DNA of 43,363 nucleotides from Verrucomicrobiota bacterium (GTDB lineage Bacteria > Verrucomicrobiota > Verrucomicrobiia > Verrucomicrobiales > DEV007). Where the stretch lies: NCBI GenBank assembly GCA_045046875.1, contig JASFYY010000065.1, forward strand, positions 1-43,363, in the 5' to 3' direction. The notes beneath the pieces were generated by a model, which was given only the letters and a program-made list of their open reading frames with translations, searched no databases and was not told the DNA's origin. This document shows positions 36,034 through 43,363 of this stretch, piece after piece (the first letter of the stretch is position 1; the number at the start of each line of letters is the position of its first letter). A program made the position numbers and the translations under genes.

Positions 36034-38973
36034 TCACTGCTTCAGCAGGTAAGCCAACAAATTTCGAAATTCCTCTTTGCTCAAAATTTGACCGAAAGCG
36101 GGAGGCATCAGGGACATCGGGCTGACTATTTTTTTGTCGATATCTGCTTTTGCCACACGGTGCTCTTGCCCGGCAGCATCGATCAAGTGGATCATTTTTG
36201 CACTTTCGCTCCTAACAAAACCTCCAATGCTAGAGCCATCCGTCATGGTGAACTGGTTAAGATGGAAGTGGGAATCTACATTGCGGTTGGGGTCGAGAAT
36301 GTCTTCACAAAGGCGATCAACTCCGCGTGCGCCGATGCCGTCAAGTTGTGGTCCGATCAGCCCACCTTGACCTCCAATCTGATGACAAGCGATGCAGTTG
36401 GTAGTGAAAATTTGAGCTCCCTTGTTGATATTGGCTTTAACTGAGTTGAAAGTTTGAACGCGGGAGGCGATCAATTCGTCGAGACGCTTGCGCTGCTCTT
36501 TAGAAACAGCAAGCGGTGGTGCCGCAGGGCTGGGTGGAAGGTATTTTTTCAACCGGTCACGAAGGTCAACGGGGGCGGTGATTTTAAGCATCGATGCGAG
36601 TTGGCCAAGCGCCTTACTCGTAGCATCGAAATCTTCAAAGGATGTGACGCTGATCAAACTAGGTTCAATGCGCGTGATTCCAAGCCAAGCAAAGGATTTG
36701 CCATTATCACCGTCGATGACCTCCAATCTAACTGGACTGCCTACATTCCCACTTAGATCCCAGCTTATCTTTTCACAGATATCAGAGCGTGGCGGAAATG
36801 CTTTATGCAATTCTTCCCCGGTTTTTGCATTCACCAGTCTAACCAGGTTCAGGTCGTGAGCTTTTTGATTCGGTTCACCGCGATGCCCGTTGATCCAGAA
36901 TGAAAATGAAGCAGGCGCAGAAAATTCTTTGCTACGTAGAATACCGGTGCGTTGTTCAGCTCGCTTCACGCCACGACGCAGGCTGGATAACACCTCCGTT
37001 TCTAACCCATCTGCACATTTTCTATTTTGCAGAGACCAGGGCGACGCGCTTTCAAAATGTTGGGGATGCGGAAGTTCTGTCCAACCCTGTGTTTCCATTT
37101 TTTCCCTGCGAGAAAGTAATTCCCGGGCGAGCCGTTGCGTCCATTTAAGCAAAGTCGGATCCTGTTTTATTTCCCCACGCTCTTCCAGCCCTTGTTGAAT
37201 AGCATCGAGACTGCCGACTTCGGCGATAAGGAGCTTCTCTTCAATGCTAGGAATAGAAGTTAAAAATCGAAAAAAGCGTTGATCAAAAATCAGTTTTTTG
37301 AGCGTCTCCGAATCCCCGAATTGAGCAATGTGTTTGATCTGTCTCAACTGTAATTTTTCCGGCATTTGATCTTTCCCAAAACGAAGAAGAAAAGCTGCTG
37401 CCTCAGGCGTATTCACCGCCAGTGCAATCGAAGCGATCTCGCTATTGGCAAATGGCAAAAATTTGAAAGCCCCTGATGAATTCATATGCCTTCTCATTGC
37501 CATCTTCAGCACGTGCCGCAGATGGGTGTCCTTTGTCGACGTTTTGCTCAAGGCTTGTTGCAATTGAATCAAGTTTATCCCATCGACCTTCGAATCATAT
37601 TGCATCGCCACAGCCGCAGCGCGTTGGAGAAAAGGCGAATCGGATTCCAATCCGGAAATTGGATCCGTTTTCATTTTCACTGGAGAACGCGGTGCTTTCA
37701 TCGCTCCATCCGTCTTCACAATCCGCCAAATCCTTCCCCTTTCCCGATCCCGCCCAGGATGATCCAGCGGAACTTCATAATGACCAATAATTCGATTATA
37801 AAAATCCGCCACATAAAGCGCCCCATCAGGCCCGACGCTCAAATCAACCGGACGGAACCAGGGATCCTCACTGACCACAAAATCCTCCTGCTCAATCGCC
37901 ACTGGAGTTGAACCCTTAAACTCAATGCGGTCACGATTGATCCGTGAGGTGACCGGGTTGCCGATCAAGATATTATCATTCCACCTGCCCCCCCATACCC
38001 CGTCATCCAGATAAACGATGCCAGCGATGCCGGTCGAACCATGACTGTGCTCGATCATCGCCGGACCAAAACCGAGTCCGTCGTGTGGTTTGCCAAAACT
38101 GGGGTAATGGGCACCGCGCAGCAGTTGGTAAATCGGTGCGCTGTGACAGTCGGCACTGTAAAGATTCCCCCAACGATCAAAAGTCAGGCCAAAGGGGTTC
38201 ACTTGCCCCCAGGACCAGATTTCGATGCGGGAGCCATCAGGTCGAAAACGGTACACGTTGCCCGAATGCAAATCAAGCTCGGTTCCGGGATCACCCGGCC
38301 TGGCTCCCTTGAGATTTTTCTCCCGAACCCGGAAGTGACTGGTATTATTAAAACCGTGGGTGCCATAAACCCACCCATCCGGCCCCATACGAAAGTTACT
38401 GCACATCCCATGGGTGTCCTTTTCGAAACCAAGTGGCCCGAACAATACTTCACGCTGATCGCATTTGCCATCTCCCGTGGTATCATAAAGATACCAGATA
38501 TTAGGAATGCTCCAGGCGATGCAACCGCTCTTGTGTTCCGCTTTATGCCACGGCAGAACGCCGGTGGGGATGTTGAGGCCATCGGCAAAATCCGTAACCT
38601 TGTCAGCCTTGCCATCGCCGTCAGTATCTTCGAGAACCTTGATCGCATCCCGGCTGCCCCGCACTCGTGAACCTTCTTCGTCGATCCAACGTTCACGTTC
38701 CGCCGCGTAGGGATACTCCACCGTGGACGAAACCCACATCCGGCCACGGTCATCAAAGGCGATATTGATCGGTTTGTTGATCATCGGCTCGCTGGCAAAA
38801 AGCTGCACTTTAAAACCTTCCGGCAGATGAAGTTTTGCCCGCTCCTCCTGCGCCGACAACGCTTCGGATTCCCGCACCACGCCACTATCTGCGTTTTGTG
38901 CACGCATCTCACCGGTCAATATCAGAAAAAACCCTAACATCACCAAGTCTACTAATCGAAAATGGGCACCCAT
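36034..38973 (-). CDS. PVC-type membrane-bound dehydrogenase-like protein with C-terminal c-type heme domain
   Basis: LPEGFKVQLFASEP, EDTDGDGKAD, WFRPVD...GPDGALYVADFYN, RGRIWRI, CIACH, GPQLDG, SLMP. Likely start ATG at 38973. Confidence 0.9.
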   Translation of the reverse strand: MGAHFRLVDLVMLGFFLILTGEMRAQNADSGVVRESEALSAQEERAKLHLPEGFKVQLFASEPMINKPINIAFDDRGRMWVSSTVEYPYAAERERWIDEEGSRVRGSRDAIKVLEDTDGDGKADKVTDFADGLNIPTGVLPWHKAEHKSGCIAWSIPNIWYLYDTTGDGKCDQREVLFGPLGFEKDTHGMCSNFRMGPDGWVYGTHGFNNTSHFRVREKNLKGARPGDPGTELDLHSGNVYRFRPDGSRIEIWSWGQVNPFGLTFDRWGNLYSADCHSAPIYQLLRGAHYPSFGKPHDGLGFGPAMIEHSHGSTGIAGIVYLDDGVWGGRWNDNILIGNPVTSRINRDRIEFKGSTPVAIEQEDFVVSEDPWFRPVDLSVGPDGALYVADFYNRIIGHYEVPLDHPGRDRERGRIWRIVKTDGAMKAPRSPVKMKTDPISGLESDSPFLQRAAAVAMQYDSKVDGINLIQLQQALSKTSTKDTHLRHVLKMAMRRHMNSSGAFKFLPFANSEIASIALAVNTPEAAAFLLRFGKDQMPEKLQLRQIKHIAQFGDSETLKKLIFDQRFFRFLTSIPSIEEKLLIAEVGSLDAIQQGLEERGEIKQDPTLLKWTQRLARELLSRREKMETQGWTELPHPQHFESASPWSLQNRKCADGLETEVLSSLRRGVKRAEQRTGILRSKEFSAPASFSFWINGHRGEPNQKAHDLNLVRLVNAKTGEELHKAFPPRSDICEKISWDLSGNVGSPVRLEVIDGDNGKSFAWLGITRIEPSLISVTSFEDFDATSKALGQLASMLKITAPVDLRDRLKKYLPPSPAAPPLAVSKEQRKRLDELIASRVQTFNSVKANINKGAQIFTTNCIACHQIGGQGGLIGPQLDGIGARGVDRLCEDILDPNRNVDSHFHLNQFTMTDGSSIGGFVRSESAKMIHLIDAAGQEHRVAKADIDKKIVSPMSLMPPAFGQILSKEEFRNLLAYLLKQ

Positions 38974-39067
38974 AACCTTGAATTGAAACACTGAATGGAT
39001 TTCGTGACAATTCAAAAACACCTGAACTTGTATTTCATTCACACCATCATAAAGTAACAGAATCACT

Positions 39068-39976
39068 ATGGATAAAGAGGTGAACCCCCATCAAGCCGAA
39101 GACGATGACCGCAATGCGAACATCTTGATTTATGTGAACGGCGAATTAAAACCTCGCAACGAAGCTCAAGTATCAGTTTATGATTCAGGTTTCATGTTAG
39201 GTGACGGTATCTGGGAGGGCATGCGGCTTCACAACAGAAAGTGGGCATTTCTGGATGAGCATATTGACCGTCTGTTCGAAGCCGCCTTGGCGATCGATCT
39301 GGACATAGGAATGGATCGGCAAGGCGTGATCGATGCCTTGGAAACAACGCGCAAGGCCAACCATATGGAAACCGATAGCCATGCTCGATTGATGATTACC
39401 CGGGGGGTGAAAAACAAACCCTTCCAGCACCCTTCCCTGTCGCGGTCAGGTCCGACCCTAGTGATCATCTGTGAACATTCCAAGCCAGTCGTCCCGAGCG
39501 GTATTCGCCTGGCTACGGTGGCGCATCAGCGCGGCTTGCCGATGACCCAGGATCCTAAGTTGAACTCCCATTCAAAGCTAAACTGCATCCTTGCCTGCAT
39601 CGCAGCCGAAAAAGCCGGAGCGGACGAAGCTCTGATGTTGGATGTTCACGGCTTTGTCAATACCACCAACTCCTGCAATTTTTTCATTGTCCGCAAAGGC
39701 GCGGTTTGGACATCGACCGGAGACTATTGCATGAATGGAATCACACGACAAAAAGTAATCGATCTGTGTCGTGACCATGGCATTCCGGTAAGTGAAAAAA
39801 ACTTTTCCTTGGTCGACACCTATGGTGCCGACGAAGCTTTTCTGACAGGGACCTTCGGAGCTCAAACCCCTGTGGCACAAATCGACGGAAGAAAAATTGG
39901 TGACGGCCGTCTCGGTCCGGTAACGGCTCGCATTCGTGAGCTCTATGCAGAACTCGTAAAAAGAAACGTCTCATGA
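39068..39976 (+). CDS. Fold-type IV aminotransferase homolog (BCAT/D-AAT-like) with atypical active site
   Basis: VSVYDSGFMLGDGIWEG, HIDRL, GITR, ADEAFLTGT. ATGA overlap with the next gene. Confidence 0.88.
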   Translation: MDKEVNPHQAEDDDRNANILIYVNGELKPRNEAQVSVYDSGFMLGDGIWEGMRLHNRKWAFLDEHIDRLFEAALAIDLDIGMDRQGVIDALETTRKANHMETDSHARLMITRGVKNKPFQHPSLSRSGPTLVIICEHSKPVVPSGIRLATVAHQRGLPMTQDPKLNSHSKLNCILACIAAEKAGADEALMLDVHGFVNTTNSCNFFIVRKGAVWTSTGDYCMNGITRQKVIDLCRDHGIPVSEKNFSLVDTYGADEAFLTGTFGAQTPVAQIDGRKIGDGRLGPVTARIRELYAELVKRNVS

Positions 39977-40698
39977 GAATAGCCATGTGGTCCGGACCGC
40001 GGAATCTTTCTACCGCGATGATGTATGCCTTTGCCGCGCGTGATGATTGTGCGGTTTGGGACGAGCCTTATTACGCAGCCTACCTGGCGGCGACAGGATT
40101 AGACCATCCTATGAAAGAAGAGATTCTGCAGCTATGGGAACAGGATCCGGGTCTGGTGACAAAACGTTGTCTGGGTGTGATACCAGATGAAAAAAGTGTG
40201 TTCTATCAAAAACAAATGACGCACCATATGATCCCGCCCTTTGATCGTTCCTGGATGAAGGAGATGATCAATATTTTTCTCATTCGAGATCCGGCACGAG
40301 TGATCGCCAGCTATTTGATAAAACGTGAAAACCCAACGCTTGAAGACATCGGTTTCAAACAGCAAGCGGAAATCTTTGAACAAGTCACCCAACAACAGGG
40401 GAAAGCACCGGCGGTCATTGACAGTGCGGATATCCTGGCAAACCCGGAGCTTATGCTTGGAAATCTGTGCCAACAAATAGGTTTAGATTTTCAAGCTTCC
40501 ATGTTGTCATGGCCAAAAGGAGGCCACAAACGTGACGGCCCATGGGCGAAACACTGGTATCAGTCTGCCTGGGAGTCGACAGGTTTTGCAAAGCCTGCAG
40601 GGAAGAATCCCTTCATCCCGGATGAATCGCAAAAGCTACTGGAGCAGGCACAACCCTATTATGACCAGATGAGCGCTTACAAAATCACTACCAAATGA
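39973..40698 (+). CDS. Sulfotransfer_5-family P-loop protein (domain fused to BCAT-like proteins in plants)
   Basis: MRIAMWSGPRNLSTAMMY, DEPYY, YQKQM.HH, FLIRDP..VIASY, MLSW, W...WY....STGF. Confidence 0.85.
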   Translation: MRIAMWSGPRNLSTAMMYAFAARDDCAVWDEPYYAAYLAATGLDHPMKEEILQLWEQDPGLVTKRCLGVIPDEKSVFYQKQMTHHMIPPFDRSWMKEMINIFLIRDPARVIASYLIKRENPTLEDIGFKQQAEIFEQVTQQQGKAPAVIDSADILANPELMLGNLCQQIGLDFQASMLSWPKGGHKRDGPWAKHWYQSAWESTGFAKPAGKNPFIPDESQKLLEQAQPYYDQMSAYKITTK

Positions 40699-40887
40699 AT
40701 GCAATCGCGCGTGCATAGGCCACATAGGGCATTTGCGGAAACCTACTATAGAGATGGAAATTTGCGCACAAAAGGCGATTTGCGGCAAAACGCCCCCCTT
40801 CCTGCCATCGCGCATATTTTGGCCTGACCCCGTGCAATTTCCTAAAATCACTTGCGAACAGCCTTCTCCCGCATAATCTGAAACAAC

Positions 40888-40922
40888 TCGATGGCGAAGA
40901 AATTTTCGACCATCGATTTTTT
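40888..40922 (+). promoter_or_regulatory. Hairpin plus T6 in the leader of the cupredoxin gene
   Basis: TCGATGG-CGAA...TTCG-A-CCATCGA followed by TTTTTT; a promoter-like TTGCGA-16-TAATCT lies at 40852-40879. Confidence 0.45.
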
Positions 40923-40945
40923 GAAAAAAACAAACCAAACCGACC

Positions 40946-41425
40946 ATGTCAAAATCCATCCTTACACTCAAGCTTCTCAGTTTCGCCACTGTGGCTCTGT
41001 TCAGCTTTTCCGCATCTTCTGCAAAAGCTCAAGACGTCGCCGAAATCACTCTCACAGCTGACAAAGTTCAGTTCATCTACGACCTCAAAGAGTTCACCGT
41101 CAAAGCGGGACAGAAAGTCAAACTTATTTTGGTTAATCCTGCGGACAGCGTCACCCGCCAACCTCACAACATCCTGATTGTGAAAAAAGGCAAAAAAGAA
41201 GCTGTCGGAGCACTGGCCAACGCCGGCCTTGCCGATGCCGATTTCCTGACCAAGAAAAACTGCATCCCTGAATCCGATGACATTCTGTTTCACTCCAATC
41301 TGGTTCTGCCAGGCAAAAGCGAAACCATCGAGTTCACTGCTCCCTCCGAGCCCGGTGACTACCCTTACCTTTGCACCTACCCAGGTCACTGGATCCTGAT
41401 GAACGGAGTGATGAAGGTCAAATAA
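40946..41425 (+). CDS. Azurin/auracyanin-like type 1 blue copper protein
   Basis: Signal peptide ending AKA; FTVKAGQKV; His in PHN; CTYPGHWILM supplies the Cys, His and Met copper ligands. Confidence 0.9.
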   Translation: MSKSILTLKLLSFATVALFSFSASSAKAQDVAEITLTADKVQFIYDLKEFTVKAGQKVKLILVNPADSVTRQPHNILIVKKGKKEAVGALANAGLADADFLTKKNCIPESDDILFHSNLVLPGKSETIEFTAPSEPGDYPYLCTYPGHWILMNGVMKVK

Positions 41426-41452
41426 AACGATTCTTCACTACATGAATTTAAG

Positions 41453-41481
41453 ACGCCGCTGTGAAAACAGCGGCGTTTTTT
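41453..41481 (+). terminator. Intrinsic terminator
   Basis: Perfect 10-bp stem ACGCCGCTGT/ACAGCGGCGT with GAAA loop, then a T-run. Confidence 0.85.
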
Positions 41482-41532
41482 GTGCAGGTGCACAAGCACC
41501 GTGTAGGACCGGGCGCTCCGCCTGCCCCCCTC

Positions 41533-43002
41533 TCACTTCACTCGTCTCCGATTCTCAAACTGGATCTGAGTCAACCCGTCCGGCTTCTGACGCGCCGCCT
41601 CGATCCTTTTCTGCAACTGTTGCGACAACTGTTTCACTATTGCTGCCTGACTGGCATCACCCGCCAGATTTTTCATTTCCGCCGGATCACTATGGTGATC
41701 ATAGAGCTCATTGCCCCCCTTGCCACCCTCACCCCACTCGGTGTAACGATAACGATCCGTGCGCAGACTGTAACCATCGGCATACTGGGTAAGCGCTGCG
41801 GTGCGGGGCGGATTTTTCATCCCGGGATTTTTTAATACCGGCATCAAACTCACCCCCGACACATAATCGGGTGCCTTCAAGCCCGTCCACTCCGCCAGGG
41901 TTGGGTAAAAATCGACCATCTCCGCCAGCGCGCTGCTGCTCTTGCCTTGCGATGATTCAGGAATGCCGGGCCCGGCCATGATCAGCGGCACCCGTGCCGC
42001 ATTTTCAAACAAAGTCGTTTTCTGCCAATGGCCATGCTCTCCCATGTGATAACCATGATCAGAAGTGAAAATCACCACCGTATTCTCAGCCAAGCCCGTT
42101 TGCTCGAGTGCATCGAGCACCAACCCCACCTGCGCATCGGCAAAGGTGATTGAAGCGTGATAGGCCTGAATCGCTTTCCGCGCCAACTCATCCGGTAAAT
42201 CGACTTGAATTTTCCGTGAAATCGATTTCCGCGCCCCGGTCGGCAAAGTATCCAAATACCCCTCCGGCACCGAAGGCACCGTGATCTTATCCGTTGGATA
42301 CATATCAAAATACTTCTTCGGTGCCACATACGGGGTATGCGGTCGAAACAAACCAACCGCGAGATAAAAAGTTTTGCCGGTTTTAGCAAAACGGTTCAAC
42401 TGCTTCACCGCTTCTTTAGCGGCGATACCGTCCGTCTGCTGCTCATCCGTGCCCTCTGCCGCCAACCAACTGAGCGTGCCGCCAAAGCTACCCGGCTTGA
42501 GACTGAAAATCAAATCCTCGTCATCCACATCACGTCCACGAGGATTAAAAGTCTGGTTCCAGGAATAAGGATCGTCGTGCCCTCCGGTGCCGATGTGTTT
42601 GGGCACATTGTAGTGAAAGATTTTCCCTATTCGCGAAGCAAACCACCCCCCGTCACGGAACATCTGTGCGATCGTTTTCACATTCGGGACATGCTCACGG
42701 ATATAGATTGCATTGCGCCGCACCAGATTCTGATCAGGATAAAGCCCTGTCATGAACGAAGCGCGGCTCGGCCCACACAATGAATACTGACAATAAGCCC
42801 GTTCAAAACGCACCCCGCGTTTTGCCAAACGGTCAATATTAGGTGACTTCACCTGCTCATCCCCATAACAAGCCAAATCATTATTCAGGTCATCGCAAAT
42901 CAAAAACAAAACGTTTCGCTGCTCTTCAGCAGCGTTGGCAAAACCCACGCTTAATGCAAAAGCGAATAAAGCCAGAGTGATCGGATTGAAATGTTTTTTC
43001 AT
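41533..43002 (-). CDS. Secreted formylglycine-dependent sulfatase (iduronate-2-sulfatase/choline-sulfatase-like)
   Basis: Signal peptide; NVLFLICDDL, CGPSRASFMTG, GKIFH, PHTP, SDHG, ELYDH..DP.E. Likely start ATG at 43002. Confidence 0.92.
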   Translation of the reverse strand: MKKHFNPITLALFAFALSVGFANAAEEQRNVLFLICDDLNNDLACYGDEQVKSPNIDRLAKRGVRFERAYCQYSLCGPSRASFMTGLYPDQNLVRRNAIYIREHVPNVKTIAQMFRDGGWFASRIGKIFHYNVPKHIGTGGHDDPYSWNQTFNPRGRDVDDEDLIFSLKPGSFGGTLSWLAAEGTDEQQTDGIAAKEAVKQLNRFAKTGKTFYLAVGLFRPHTPYVAPKKYFDMYPTDKITVPSVPEGYLDTLPTGARKSISRKIQVDLPDELARKAIQAYHASITFADAQVGLVLDALEQTGLAENTVVIFTSDHGYHMGEHGHWQKTTLFENAARVPLIMAGPGIPESSQGKSSSALAEMVDFYPTLAEWTGLKAPDYVSGVSLMPVLKNPGMKNPPRTAALTQYADGYSLRTDRYRYTEWGEGGKGGNELYDHHSDPAEMKNLAGDASQAAIVKQLSQQLQKRIEAARQKPDGLTQIQFENRRRVK

Positions 43003-43102
43003 AGATAGGAAAAACATACCCAGCCCCACGCGAAAACACAATCCCTACAAAGGCACGCATTCACGCCACCCACAAAGCCCACCCCCCTAACACCCACTTC
43101 TA

Positions 43103-43363
43103 TTAAAACTTTTGCTCTCCACCCACAAACACCGCTTTCACCTCAAAATCATCATCCAACAACACAACATCCGCCAACAAACCTGCCTCCAGTTTGCCAC
43201 GATCACTCAGTCCCAGTGATCTCGCCTGATTCGCCGCCGTTGTCGAAACCAACTGATTGAGCGGTAAGCCCGTAATTTCCGCAATATTCTTCAATCCTTC
43301 GTTGAAACGCAAGGTCGAACCCGCCAGATTCCCCGCTTCCAGACGCGCCTCACGATCCTTGAC
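43103..43363 (-). CDS. nagA: N-acetylglucosamine-6-phosphate deacetylase, C-terminal fragment
   Basis: ARLEAGNLAGSTL...N.A..LGL.DRGKLEAG..ADVVLLD; the frame is open to the window edge. Confidence 0.85.
   Translation of the reverse strand, partial: VKDREARLEAGNLAGSTLRFNEGLKNIAEITGLPLNQLVSTTAANQARSLGLSDRGKLEAGLLADVVLLDDDFEVKAVFVGGEQKF

Noticed and set aside
38041..38756. 209-aa (+) and 185-aa (-) alternative ORFs
   Set aside because: Both lie inside the well-supported PVC heme protein gene and show no motifs.
39068..39976. Gene symbol ilvE or dat
   Set aside because: Key catalytic residues appear altered, so a specific function is not supported.

Overview
Bacterial genomic window, probably from Verrucomicrobiota or another PVC lineage (inferred from a PVC-type heme-binding dehydrogenase and several secreted formylglycine sulfatases). 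About 35 kb (996-35948) is an ABC-transporter-dependent (Kps, group 2/3-like) capsule locus. It carries kpsC, kpsS, kpsD/ctrA-like, kpsM, kpsT and kpsE, about 10 glycosyltransferase (GT) genes or domains and about 8 sulfotransferase-type domains, so the product is probably a heavily sulfated capsule. Highlights: (1) a cytochrome P450 plus membrane alpha/beta-hydrolase pair ends the kpsC operon and resembles the unexplained cj1411c/cj1412c pair beside the Campylobacter jejuni kps genes; (2) a 1475-aa sulfotransferase-TPR-GT-TPR-sulfotransferase fusion; (3) a GT14-Stf0 fusion; (4) G9 and G11 tracts inside GT genes, candidates for phase variation; (5) outside the locus, a fold-type IV aminotransferase homolog that seems to lack the canonical PLP Lys and Glu and is coupled to a Sulfotransfer_5 protein. 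Flanks encode sulfatases, an azurin-like protein and the 3' end of nagA. I saw no rRNA, tRNA, CRISPR array or transposase. All family calls are motif recognition by eye; no searches were run.
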